Positions 25,913-39,832 of a DNA stretch of 64,000 nt are shown here, piece after piece (the stretch's first letter is position 1; every line of letters starts with the position of its first letter). The notes beneath the pieces are model-generated. The model searched no databases and had not been told where the DNA came from. It worked only from the letters and a program-made list of their open reading frames with translations. The stretch is from Octopus sinensis (taxonomy: Eukaryota), in the NCBI RefSeq assembly GCF_006345805.1, contig NC_043004.1, positions 17,484,001 to 17,548,000 of the forward strand. The letters run 5' to 3'. The position numbers and the translations under genes were made by a program.

Positions 25913-26819
25913 GTTGAACAGAAAGGATACATACAAGAAGAAGTTAGAGAAAAACAGAGTAAACGGGGAACTATACTAAAACTTAACGGACGGGAAATTA
26001 GACAAAGACATGATACACGGAATATTCGCAGCTAAGTTTTACTCGTCAGTGAATGATGCAAAATATTATAGCAGTTTCGCGCCAATTACCATTGATACTG
26101 CTCTATTTTTCTGACACCAGTGCTTTTTAGTAAGCTACTGGGAAAAGCTAGCGAATGTGTACAAAGACACAAACAAACAAGACATTGTATAAATACAATA
26201 GCCAAAAGAATTATGCATATATAACAGCACGGAGCCTTACGGCTATATGTATATATGAAAATATATATTATGAAACAAAAATAAACACAAAATTTATTAC
26301 ACAAATCTGTTACCACCACGACAGTCAACTATTTGACGCCGAACACGAGTTTGATGTTGAATACATCCACGAATTTTTCGCTCAGATAGCTCTTCCCAAG
26401 ACTGCTGGTAGCGTAGAAGTATTGCCAGTCTATCTCTCTCACTAATTTGTTCACCTCGCCTGCGAGTCATCTAAAGTTAATAATGATTCTGCTAATTCCA
26501 CGTGTAAACATGTGTTGAATAGAACTCACTGAATAAATCTTAATTAACTGTGTTGTCAATTGTATGCACCTGACATGTGCTAACGTGTATGCAGCCAGAC
26601 TTTTCACACAGAGAATATATATATATATATCTATATATATATATATATATTATATATATATATATATTATATATATATCTATATATATATATATATAAGG
26701 ACAAAAATCAAGGCAGGACGAGTCTCTCAAGTAATTTATAATAATTTACTTTGGGTAAGGTGAATTTGAAGTCTTACAGCTGTTTCTGGGATATCCCAAG
26801 TAATAAGCTAGCATATGTA

Positions 26820-27000
26820 TGTGTGTATTTGCATGTGTGTGTGTCTGTGTTTGTCTGGTGTTGGTGTGTTTTTATCTCCGTAACTTAGCGGTTCAGCCTC
26901 AGAGTCTGATAGAATAAATAAAAATGTCCTGGGGAGGATTCATTCGACTAAACATTCTTCAGGCATGGCCGCAGTCTTATGACTGAAACAAGTGTAAGGC
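26820..27000 (+). mobile_element. SINE family A 3' fragment
   Basis: ccgtaacttagcggttcagcc...ggcatggccgcagtcttatgactgaaacaag. Confidence 0.7.
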
Positions 27001-27856
27001 AAAAGGTACATTCAAATAGGTATACGTCTATGTAAGTATGTGACTATATAAGGATGCATATATAGGTGTCCATAGGTCTGTTCGCATTTTCGATTTTCGA
27101 ACAATAGCAGTGAACAGAATACGAAAACTAATATAATTCAACTATTCAATATTGATTACACATTTCGGTTGTTGTCACTCAAGAAAATTACTCCTCTTTA
27201 TTCCGTAATTTCAACACGAACAAAGAAAATACGAATTATTTGATGTATCTACAGGTGTGTACGATGGAGGCGTAATGATGCGATATTATAAGAATTTATA
27301 TTCGAGACCTTCCTCTTGCTTAAAACATTTCCTTCAATAAGAATTATTATTTGTAGCGGTGGCGGAGTCTTTGCAAAGGGTGGAAACAACAAAATCGGCT
27401 TAACGAGTCTTGAGGTTTCAGCGTGTAATGAGTTCAAGTATAAGTTTATTTTGAATAATGAGTAGCCTCTTGGCTACTTCTTGCTCCCAATATATATCTA
27501 TATATATATGTATATAGGTTCTTTTATATAGATGTCTGGTGAATAAAAGCACTGGCATATATCGTAATTGATGAGAATCATCTAGCATGGATGCCGGAAC
27601 TGCCAGATTATGTGATTTCAGTGGTCTGTGCTTCTTCAGTAGCAGGCATCCTGTGACCGCATACTGAGCCAAATCTCGCAGCCATGATATATAGCATACC
27701 ATTGTCTTTTCAGTCATTGATGTCTCGAATAGCAATTCATGTCGTCATTTCACGTCGAATTTTTTCATTCAGTGTTTAACCAACAATAGTATGCAACAAA
27801 TAATGTCAAAAATCATGCGATACCTATGCATATATTACACATAGATATACATCCAC

Positions 27857-27857
<1 letters not shown>

Positions 27858-27945
<88 letters not shown>

Positions 27946-27958
27946 CCTCCCTACCTAC

Positions 27959-27993
<35 letters not shown>

Positions 27994-28014
27994 CCTACCT
28001 ACCTACCTACCTAC

Positions 28015-28101
<87 letters not shown>

Positions 28102-28200
28102 CCTACCTACCTACCTACATACATACATACATACATACATACATACATACATACATACATACATACATACTACATACATACATACATACATACATACATA
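27858..28200. repeat. Compound (TCTA)n/(CCTA)n/(CATA)n microsatellite
   Basis: Direct reading; source of ORF 27826..28257. Confidence 0.97.
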
Positions 28201-29711
28201 CACTCACATATACGTACATATTATTTTCGGGCCTCTGTTAGTTGTGAGATAGAATAATATGTATATGTATACAGCTGAATATGGAATTTTTCTCCAAAGT
28301 ATAGCCACACTCGCCCGAAAAGAAAAAAAACGATTACATGAAATATCTAAAAAGAAAAAAAAACACTATAGTGAAACTTTCATGATTTTATTAAAAGACT
28401 CAGGTGATGTACATTTTCTATAATTACGGTAGACAAGGAAAGCTTTTAGATATGTTTAGATATGTTCGGATTGAGAACAGAACAGAAAAGAATACAGCAT
28501 CTAACAGACACAACTATTTCGAATAAGATCATTTAAATCTTCTAAAATATGGAACACTGGAAATACAACTTCGAAATCATTTTAGAAAGTAACTCAGTGT
28601 ATTTACTCATTTCTCATAAAATACGCTTTTCGTTTGAAAAGACAAAACGCTTTGTGCGTCGAAAACGTAAAGTTAAGAGAGAGAAAGTATATCATATCGG
28701 TAAGACAGTTAGCAATTAGAAGTAACAATAAATAAATAAATAAAACTCATTGATTTACAGGAAAAAAAAAATACCGAAGACAATCGGAACTTGGGTAATA
28801 TGAAAGCTGATAGAATGGATGTTGACATGCCTTTTTCGTGCATGCAGAATTGGTTAATTTTATTAGTTTCAAACCACGAGTAGGTTGATAAGAATAATCC
28901 ATATGTAGGCTACGATGTTATGAAGTCCTTATTATTGACGCATTTCCAGGTTCTGCTGCTGTCATGTGCAACAGCATTGTATTTTGAGGAAGTTCTCAGT
29001 GGCGACATGTCGTGGGTGTGAATCTAGCTTTATAGATACTATATTTGCATCATAAGCAGGAAGTGGAGAGACAGAGTCAGCACGTCTGGGCCAAGTGATG
29101 GAAATAAAGCTATATCCAGTAAAAGTATCAAGACTTGACTGAAATAATTGTATTTATTCAAGAGAACTTAGAGAGCAGGTGAAAATTGTTTCCAGGCTCG
29201 ATACCATTTCGCATAGTCTTGGTAAAGTGAATTATTATAACCATTTCTTTGTTGATCTAAATCAGTGAGTAAATCATGGATTAACGTACAGTGCAGAAGC
29301 CCGTCAGATTCTGCATGAGAATTGCATCAAAATTACAAGTGTCGAATAATTAGCAATTTTCGCTATAATATAGAAGTATAGAAATGATCATCACGAAACC
29401 AACGGAGATCCACTGAGAAAAATGACTATGTAGAAAGAATGAAATTTTAGGAAAAACCTTTATCGTCAAGGTAAATAATTTTGGTGAAATAACATTCGAA
29501 ATATATTTATTTCTGCGACATTAATAAAACATTGAATTTTATGTCTCATAAATTCAATAGAAATTTGAATTAAAACCATAAAAGATTTTAAAATGACAAA
29601 CAAAACAAATTTTGAGCTTATAATGAATTACGTTTCTATTACAAAAGTTCTTTTAGGCTTCTCTACCATTTATGCATGTGGAGATCTACATATATGCAAA
29701 CATACATACAT

Positions 29712-29920
29712 GTATGTATGTGCACATATATAATCGTTTACTATTATATATGATATATATTACACACATATGATTATATATATGTATGTGCACATATATA
29801 ATCGTTTACTATTATATATGTTATATATTACATACATATGCTTATATATATGTATGCGCACATATATAATCGTTTACTGTTATATATGTTATATATTACA
29901 TACATATGCTTATATATATT
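29712..29920 (+). repeat. 68-bp tandem repeat, about 3 copies
   Basis: taatcgtttac recurs at 29731, 29799 and 29867. Confidence 0.9.
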
Positions 29921-30484
29921 TATGCGTGTGTGTGTATACTTGTTTGTATAGTAAAATATGTTTGTGCGCAAATGCATTCACATATATGCAGATGGATACA
30001 TGTTGAGACCCTTTCGGATATAAAAATATATTTAGAAAAGTGTACACGAGCCCACACACATGCACACGCAGACATACACATACACCACAGGCATACACAC
30101 ACACATACACACAGAGAGGTGTGCGCGCACAAAGGCGCGTAAATAAACGAATAAGAAGAAAAGAATCAACGGAAACACGTAACGATCAGACAGTAAGATT
30201 TAATATAAGGGCATTTTACAAATGGCGAATAAATATGTTGAGTAAAAAATACATACATAAATAAATATATATATATATATATATATAGAAAATAGTAAAA
30301 AGTGAAAAAACTACAGAAGGCTTGTTTTAAAAGGTTAAAAAATATATATTTGAGTCATTATGTCAGAAGAATGTTATAAATTTTTTTCATACAGTGACAT
30401 AGTTTTTGAAGAAATTATCGGTTTCATGTTAATTTTTCAAATTTCTCAAAACATTGTGTTATGATTTCGTTATGAAGTGTATAT

Positions 30485-30544
<60 letters not shown>

Positions 30545-30548
<4 letters not shown>

Positions 30549-30870
30549 GTGCGGTGAATAAACTGTCGTCTAAATAACGCAAAAACGGAAATAACATTAA
30601 AATCTCATTTTAACAGATATATTTACCAAAATTACATGAAAATATCTTGAAATACTAAAGAGTAAATTCATTTAATAAAATCTCCATTGGATTCAGCCAC
30701 GACCTCCAGACGACTTTAGAATCCCCTGCAACTCTTCTTGGCGGTTTCTTTGTTTAAGTTGGTGAATGCTACCATAATCCTTGCCTTCAGTTTACAAAGA
30801 GTTTTGTTGGTCTCTCGTTCAACTGCTCCCCACACATAATAATCAAAGGGTTGTATTCTGGGGGTTTACA
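30545..30870 (-). mobile_element. Terminal fragment of a Tc1/mariner (maT/DD37D-like) transposon abutting (TA)n
   Basis: Minus-strand translation across a frameshift: NPLDYYVW-like motif, then ...AVERETNKTLCKLKARIMVAFTNLNKETAKKSCRGF*SRLEVVAESNGDFIK*; terminus (ta)cagagtgcggtg. Confidence 0.7.
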
Positions 30871-31669
30871 TATGTTGAAATGATAAAAAAATTAAAGAAA
30901 GAAAGAAAGAAAGTATGCACGGTATACATCGAAAAAGAAGGTATATAGAGCATGCAAGGTTTAAAAAAAAGTGACGGGGAGGGTGACAGAGACGTGGCCC
31001 TCCTGATCCAGGAAGATTACCCTAATGAAATGACGGTTAGGTTGTCGTTCAAGTTAACTCACTGAAGTGGAGAATTGAACTGAATAGAGAAGCCAGTAGT
31101 ACTGAATAAAGAAGAAAAAAAAGAGCTAAAGGTCAGGAAGTATGTTAAGGGAAAGGGTGAAATCAAAATAGGTGGGAGTTACATAGAGTTGAGGAGTAGA
31201 AAAGAAAGAGAGGGGGAGCAAAGGAAGAAAAGAAAATATTTGTTATCATTAAGGCGGAAAACAGTGGCCATAAACATATCTAAGATAGATGACGATAGAA
31301 ACTGGCCGACTGCTACAATCCTGTCGCCGAATTGGTTGGGGATGAAGGGGAATTTTTTGCTCAGAAGAAATAGAAGACACCAGTACCTATATCATACATA
31401 CATCTACACACCTACGGAAATACATGCAACAGCGCGCGCGATTACATGTAAGCACTCATTCGCATGTAGATGCATACACAAACATACAGTTGCGCCTAAA
31501 GGCGCGTGTATACACGTAGTATCCATATACATGCACACGCGCGCACACACACACAAACGCCCGTTCACCTATGCCAACCGTACGCTCGTACAAAATATGC
31601 AGACACTCCTTCGCACGTAAATACATACACAAACATACTCGAGTGCCTAAAGGCGCGCGCGTACACACA

Positions 31670-31998
31670 CATCCGATCAATGGAAATTAACGTGCAAGTG
31701 GCTGAGCACTCCACAGACATGTGTACCCTTAACGTAGTTCTCGGGGAGATTCAGCGTGACACAAAGTGTGATAAGACTGGCCCTTTGAAATACACGTACA
31801 ACAGAAACAGGAAGAAAGAGTGAGTAAAAATTGTGGTGAAAGAGTACAGCAGGTTTCGCCACCACCCCCTGTCGGAGCCTCGTGGAGCTTTAGGCGTTTT
31901 CGCTCAATAAACACTCACAATGCCCGGTCTGGGAATCGAAACTGCGATCCTACGACCGCAAGTCCGTTGCCCTAACCACTGAACCATTGCGCCTCCAC
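31670..31998 (-). mobile_element. tRNA-derived SINE family C
   Basis: Head ggaggcgcaatggttcagtggttaggg...gtttcgattcccagaccggg; homologous to 55235-55565. Confidence 0.9.
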
Positions 31999-32289
31999 TA
32001 GACGTATACTTACAGTAGGTGTATATGTACTTAAACGCATCTGTGAAGAGAAAGGAAGGACATAAAGAGACAACAAAAGGAATAAAGGTTATATGTGAAT
32101 GCACAATGAAATGTAATACAAAGGAAATAGCGGGAAACACCGTGCTGGAATCACACTTTGAAATATACAAACATTCTAAGGAACATAGGCTTGCCTGCAT
32201 ACGGCGAATGATTACTACATTGCATACAAATTGGTGCACATGTGATGTTGAAAGGCCAGGTTACAACTAATGTGTGAATATCGAGTCAG

Positions 32290-33390
32290 AGGAGACGTAA
32301 GAGGATTAAAGAGAAAGGCATCCGAGTGAAAGATTAGCATTCGTACTTTAAGAATGAGTTAGATAATTTGTATTTGCAGCTAATAAGGTTGCTACTTTCG
32401 TTTGCGCAATCGCTGCACTGCATAATGGTTATGATTTCTGTAATGCAGTGATCGCTTTTGTTGTTATACATGTTACACTGTTTGGCATGCCGACAATGGG
32501 GCATTTTATATCGTACTCTACTGAGTGTCGTATTAAGTTATGTATGACCCCAGGTAAAGAAGTACACTCAGCTTTCGATTTTGCTCTAAAGCTAGAGTAG
32601 TGATTACTCAGTCTCGCCTTGAAGATAATACTGCGCGCACCGGCATATACAAAATCTAAATTCTCTGGAGACTGTGGATTTATACAAGATATTACTAGCG
32701 AGGCAATTATTATATAAAGAACAGGAAGCAGGGTGTCTACCGCTGCATAATTTTCTCGGGGGTGCTATACGGAAAGTTGTGGGCTTACATGTACCTCACG
32801 CCAACCGGGTATCACAAAGATCGTATGCTTCAGCGCTATGATGTGCATTGAGAGCAGTGGTGAAAGAGCTATCCGGTGGATGCAATTACAGTAGCTGTCA
32901 TATCCTAGGAGATACTCCATAAAACTTGGGATGAGAAGTGTACGCTGGTGCGTATGTATATGGGTAACAGGAGAGTTTGGAGCCCAAATCCTTGAGTTGG
33001 AGGAGTGCCTATCGGGTTTCCTAGGGTAGTTAAGTTTAGGGGAATAAGGGAAAGGTTTACTACGGGGTGGAATATGTCGGAAACCTTGAAACCTTTATCT
33101 AAGGTGATAAAGATATCCACAGTGCAGGGTTCCGGGGAAGAAGGTTCGTTTCACATAGGGACATACCTAATTGAGTTCTTACAGCCAGCTTGGTTTAGGG
33201 CACTATTATAATATTGGGTATTTTGCTCGAACATTTCTATATTAGCGGATAGAGAGGAAGTCCTATAAGACGCCGACAACGATTGATTTAAAGACAGAGT
33301 TGGGGTAATTGGATAAAAAGTAACCATAATTGAGGTTTTCACTCGGTTTTTGGTAAGGATTGGTGTCGTTTTGTTGATCTAGATGTCGAT
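32290..33390 (-). mobile_element. Decayed Penelope-like element (Neptune-type) 3' fragment: RT thumb, Cys linker, GIY-YIG endonuclease
   Basis: Manual translation: PYQKPSENLNY..SNYPNSVFKSI; SSLSANIEMFEQNTQYYNSALNQAG (ORF 33151..33342); CSGRHPASCSLYNNCLASNILYKSTV; YAGA..IFKARLSNHYSSFR..ECTSL..IHNL. Frameshifts and stops present. Confidence 0.82.
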
Positions 33391-33396
33391 TTGGTG

Positions 33397-33464
<68 letters not shown>

Positions 33465-33466
<2 letters not shown>

Positions 33467-33624
33467 GTGTACATTTAAACACATGAGATAGCCATAACAG
33501 GATATCTGACCCGCTAGAAGGAGTAGTTAAACACCAAACCACTATTAGGGGTAATTTTAGCTGCTTATTCTAGCGGGTCAGATGTCCTGTTATGGCCATT
33601 TCTTATGTGTTTAAATGTATACTG
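33465..33624. mobile_element. 160-bp fold-back MITE (Tc1/mariner-type ends)
   Basis: About 55-bp TIRs cagtgtacatttaaacacat...gacccgctagaa / ttctagcgggtc...atgtgtttaaatgtatactg; TA on the left, CA on the right. Confidence 0.8.
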
Positions 33625-34644
33625 CATTTTTATATGAATAATATATAGTCTATTGACTAGTTTTTCTTCTCGCTAGACCACTGGTAGCAAAGAATTTTCT
33701 AATTTTTTTTGCTACCCTGGAATTTATTAATATATATATATATATATATAATATATATATATATATTCCTGTTAGATAAAGCAACGAAAGTTAAGCTTGT
33801 TCCAGAGATAAAGATTACAAGTGTTTATCTTAGCATTAAATTTTCTTATCTTCGGTTCCTTTTCTCGAGTAAATAAACTACTAACGTATGTAGTCATATA
33901 CATATATAATCTACGAGTTTGTGTTTGTAGGTATGTCTCCACAAATTTATTCACGAAATAGAATTGTATGATGCATTACATAAACTCCTTTATCAATGCG
34001 TTTTTGATGGCGTAAATATTGAAAAGGTTTCAGAAGAGAATCGAAACTAAACTTGTACATGCAACTTCACAACACTTTCTATTGAATCTTATGATTCCAA
34101 TCCATTTATTTTTATCGAGATACAGGAATAAGTTTGTGAAAATAAAATCCCGAAAATATCAGACTCTGGTCAAACAAATAAGTTTAGACGCCTACATATA
34201 ATTATCTACAGAAATATTCTTATATTTCTCTTCTTTGTAGATGAGTTAATATCTAAGAGACTATTTCTGCAATAACCAGCAGACTTTCTACGCTTATATA
34301 TATATATATATATAGATAAGCACACGCTCACATATACAAATATATATATAGATTGTTGCTGTGTATTTTGAAGTATGATCCGGAATTAGTATGAAAAAGT
34401 TTGATTTATCGCTCTCCATTTATGATATCTTGAAAAGTTTCAATTCCGAAGTTAAATTGCAATCAGTGTTATCAACGATGATGTTCATGACTTCGTGACT
34501 CATGTCGTGACCGGAGAAATCATTCAGACGAAAATAATATACAACGCTGAGGCAGATGCTTGTAATCTTTGTCTCTGAGACAAACTTCTCTACTGTTGCT
34601 CGTTCTGATGGGAGTAACTGTCAACTCTCCCTAAAAAGATACCA

Positions 34645-35120
<476 letters not shown>

Positions 35121-35466
35121 CGATAAATATAAAGATTCCCAGCGCAAAAGGCGAATTCAGTATTTTCTGCGGAAGTGCCCCGTCCCAAATGCCGATGCCG
35201 AAACAATAAACGTTAGACTGTCTTCTCTTACAGCGTTTTAGTGAGCGATTTTCTAGCGAAAAGATATGACAAAAGTAACATAGCAACTATATCCGGATGA
35301 AATCAACGATTCTAACCGAATCGTAGTTAAGTTTTTGTGCTAATCTTATAAATAACTAACCAGCCAAAATTCTTATCTATTTCATTCACCTGTTACGTGC
35401 ATTGTATATTCTACTGTAATGTCATCGTGTCTCTCTTTTCTTGAGGAACCTTATGATTCATAAGTA

Positions 35467-35895
35467 CCAGGCGGCGAACTGGCAAAATCGTTAGGACACC
35501 GGACAAAGTGCTTAGCGGCATTTCTTTCAGCTGTATACGTTGTGAGTTCAAATTTCGCCGAGGTCGACTTTGCCTTTTATCCTTACAGGGTCAATAAAAT
35601 AAGAACCAATTGAACACTGAAGTCAATGAAATCAATTTAATTCCCTCCTACTCTAAATTGCTGGCCTTGTGCCAAAATTTGAAACCATTATTATAAGGAT
35701 TACCAAGGTGGTGAGCTGGTAGAATTGTTAGCATTTTTTCTTTCTACTCTTTTCGTTCCGGGCTCAAATTCCTCCGCAGTCGACCTTACCAATCAACCCT
35801 TCGGGGTCGATAAAGTAAGTACCCGTGGACAGTGGGGTCGATGTAAACGATTTCCCTATCTCCGAAATTGTTGGCCTTGTCCCTAAATTTGAAAC
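35467..35895 (+). mobile_element. Two tandem SINE family B copies
   Basis: aggcggcgaactggc... at 35469 and aaggtggtgagctggtag... at 35705. Confidence 0.8.
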
Positions 35896-37804
35896 CCATA
35901 ACTCATAAGACCAGTTACCTGGTTTCTATGATGTGTAAATGACCGTCATCACAACATTCCATTCTCCTGAACAAGGCGACGGTCTGTTGCGGGGTTCAAT
36001 ACCACTAGTTGTAAAGGGAGGGGATAAGTCGAATACATCAACCCTCAGCACTGAACTGGTGCTTTATTTTATCGTAAAGAGCTGCATAGAACTGCATGTG
36101 TATGTGGGTACATAGGCGCGTGTTCATGAGCGCAAACAAGTACATGTGCTTATGAAACAATGCGTACGTATATACAATGCTGGAAACCCTTCCGTATCGT
36201 CAGCAAGTATCTCAAGGTCACATGCGTTTTGCCCCTTAGCCTATACGCTTCAATTTTTGGACTGCGAGGACTAGGCTAGTCTTCTCTCATGGAAGACAAC
36301 AGACATCTTGACTTAGTTTCAATTGCCGTGCCTATTTCTTTCATGGCTTTCTTCACTTGTCTGTGTTCCAGCCCTTTCTTCTGCAGGAAATAGTACAGAA
36401 GAGGAAATCATGAATGTAACAAATCATATTCAGATAAATCGATGATATTGATTTCTAACGCAGATACGAGGGCACACATTTAGAGAAGAGAGTGTATTTG
36501 AATATATCAAACATACTCATTTACATCATTGTTACTTATTGTACCGACCCAAGAAGAATAAAGAATAAATTCAAATCGGTACAGAAATTAATAGTTGATA
36601 AGGATATAAATAATAACATAAATATTGTGCTTAAAACCCTCTTGGAAAGAAAAAAATGATGGCTAACCAATGCTAGAATGTCTGTCATGTTTATCGATGT
36701 GAGTCTCACGGACAACCTTCGACTATTTCTATTCAATAGGTTTACTTAACACTAAATTTATATGTTAGTATTTATAGCTTTATCTTATTCAAGTTCTACA
36801 GTTAAACGTAAATATAAGAATGTTTTGGCCAGGCACATACATTCTACTGCAGGAAAATGGAGGTTCAGGGTTGTAACGTCCAGCCCTATACAAAGAATTT
36901 TGAATGAGAACGTAAAGTGAAAATGAATAAATTCTATTGAAAATTGAACCTGCTTTGTGTTCACAGCTCTTTACATCACTTACTGCTTAGCTATTTTCTG
37001 GCTGTTAAGATAGAGTTACGGTTATCAAATGACACTTTAAGACTGTAAATAGTATTGCGCTGTCTGATTGCATTACGCAGGAAGTAAGAGAAAAATATAA
37101 AGACAAGATGGGTAGAACTTGTTTTAATTGGTTTTCCGTTTCTGTTCTGAGTATACAGTAGCAGCGTTCATTTATATGACTACATATTTATTGGCCAATT
37201 TATAAGTTAGGTATAAAGGATTGAATAAAGTATCTTGTTCAGTTATACGCAACAACACCTGCGCCTTATATCTTAATATTAACACTTCTTTCAGTTGCAT
37301 GTTCAATAATTTGTATTTTATTGAAAGGAGAATATGGCTGACTGACTAGTCAACGAGAAAAATATGCCATTTATGTAACAAGGAAATGAAACAGGGAAAA
37401 ATGAACGTAAGCTCAGATGATGGTATATGTTGAAAATTGTATTCATCTGTTCCGACTGGGATTTCCGACAATAAGAGCAAAATATTTAATAATCTTGATA
37501 ACAAACTGTCTGAAACCGCCCGTGGCCTTTTGATAGAAAATACTTGTTATAAGGTGATCGTTTTGAAATTAATATTTGCCATTATAATTTTATGCAAAAA
37601 GCTATTATTACGTTCCAAATAACCGGTTTCATATCCAAGTTTATGAGAAAGTGTGTTTTACTAAATATTTCTACGTTATTCATTATTTTTCATAATGACA
37701 TGTAAAGCAGATTAAAATTTTGTTTGAAGTATGATCACAGCAGGGTTAACTAGGAAGAAGTAAAGCATTAACAACGAAAACAGAAGATAATGCTGAATGA
37801 AAAT

Positions 37805-37805
<1 letters not shown>

Positions 37806-37866
<61 letters not shown>
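37806..37866. repeat. (GA)n microsatellite
   Basis: Direct reading. Confidence 0.97.
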
Positions 37867-37869
<3 letters not shown>

Positions 37870-38157
37870 CTGAAAACAAGCACCCATTCTTTTAGAACTA
37901 ACAGTTTCTTAATTGACCAGAATATTGTGGTCCAGTATAGGGGCAGTGACAATTATCATAGTGACTTCTCAGTTTGACACAGGGATGCAAATTCTTACGA
38001 TGGATGTAATCGATAAATATTTAACTGATACATATTTTAACACCTATGTTGATCCTGTCAGGGTTAGCTTAGGGCGTACGGGCATGTAGCAAAATAACGC
38101 AAAGCACATTGAGCGTCGCTTTTCCAAATCCGTCACATAGCTCTCTAATAACAACGG

Positions 38158-39000
38158 CAACAACAACAACAACAACCATGATGATAATAATAATCATCCT
38201 TTCTATTATAGACAGGAGGCCTGAAATTTATTGGCGGAGGCTACTCGATTACATTGACCTAAGTGAGCAAGTGTTACTTATTTTTCTCGCCACCGAAAGA
38301 AAGCCAAAGGTGACCACGGTGGAATTTAAACTCAGAACTAGCTCACTGCCTTAATGATGATGATGATGATGATGATGATGAGAGGGATAATAATGATTTC
38401 AACTTTTGGCTTCAAGTCAGCAATTTTAGTGAACGGGGAAAAATCGATTATATCGACTACCGTGTTTAACTGGTATTTGAAGTTGAACTCAGAAATTAAA
38501 GACGGTCGAAATGTCACTAAACATATTATCAGGCGTGTTAACAATTCTGCCAGCTCACTGCCTCAATAATAATAATAATAATAATAATAATAATTATTAT
38601 TATTATTTCTACTCTAGGTACATGGCCTTGAAAATGTTTTTGGAGAAGAGGGCTAGTCGATTACATCGATTCCAGTGCGTAACTGGTATTTATTTCATCG
38701 ACCCTAAAGGATGAAAGGTTAAGTCGACCTCGGCGGAATGTGAACTCAGATCATAGCAGCAGACGTAATATTGCTAAGCATTTCGTCCGGCGTGCTAACG
38801 ATTCTGCCAGCTCGCCGCCTTGATAATGATGATAATAATAATGATGATCTTTTCTACTCTAGAATTAAGGCCCGAAATTTTAGGGAAATGGGCCAGTCGA
38901 TTAGATCAACCCCTGTACGCAATTGGTACTTAATTTATCGACCCCGGAAAGATGAAAGGCACAGTCGACCTCGGCGGATTTGAACTCAGAACGCAGCGGC
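38158..39000 (-). mobile_element. Chain of four head-to-tail SINE family B copies separated by trinucleotide microsatellites
   Basis: Copies at about 38198-38352, 38395-38565, 38618-38820 and 38848-39000; spacers (AAC/AAT)n, (ATG)n, (AAT)n(TAT)n, (GAT/AAT)n. Confidence 0.85.
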
Positions 39001-39299
39001 AACTTATTGGACAAATGACATATACTATAGCTTAATGGCGTACAATACCTTATGAGTGAATTTCGTAGACAGAAACTGCGTAGAAGCCAGTCCTGTATGT
39101 ATGTATGTATGTATGTATGTATGTATGTATGTATGTATGTATGTATGTATGTATGTATGTACGTGTGTGTGTGGGGGGTATGTATGTGTTTGGAAAAGGA
39201 TGCGTGGCGTTCAATCATATAATAATATAAATAATATATAAATATATGCATATATACATGCATATATGTACATACCTACATATATATGTATATATACAT

Positions 39300-39490
39300 G
39301 CATTTATGGGTACAGGACGTAAAAAAACGTTGAAGACAATGAGAAACGAAAACATAAAAACAAAAACATAGAAACGAACTTTTTTTCGAACAACGGAAAA
39401 AAACAAACAAAGAAACGAGACATACAACATAAAGAACATTCCCCTTTTTCAGTTGTTCCCTGTTTCATCTACTCCACGTTTCGAATGTAC
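39300..39490. repeat. Probable PLE-associated dispersed repeat fragment
   Basis: Purine-skewed block ending ...catctactccacgtttcga (gaaacgt on the minus strand); assignment rests on resemblance only. Confidence 0.3.
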
Positions 39491-39794
39491 GTATATATAC
39501 ATATACATACTTACATATGTATGTATGTATGTATGTTCTCTACAGCTTGACCGTCCATGTAATATAGCGTTTTGGTAAAAGATAAACATAGTACGTATCT
39601 GGCATTAAAAGAAGTACTGGGGACGCCAGAATGGCCACAGTCCAATTCCTCAAACAAGGAAAAGATAAAGATACCCTTAATCCCCAAACTCCAATTACTG
39701 CAAAAAAAAAAAAAAACTGAATAAGAGAAAGCAACTACAACAAAATTAGTAACAGACAAATATATATATATATATATGCTAAATTAGTCGAGCA

Positions 39795-39832
<38 letters not shown>

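Noticed and set aside
26330-26600. GC-richer coding-like stretch (minus frame ...EIDWQYFYATSSLGKSYLSEKFVDVFNIK...)
   Set aside because: Short, no recognisable homology and no convincing splice-site pair.
29712-29920. CRISPR-like interpretation of this, the 15-bp array (53135-53660) or the SINE chain (38158-39000)
   Set aside because: Eukaryotic context, no constant repeat with unique spacers and no cas genes.
36380-36420. Possible micro-exon after ctttcttctgcag (GNSTEEEIMN); a similar candidate at 16218-16229
   Set aside because: Acceptor-like site only, with a weak donor; cannot be supported without transcripts.
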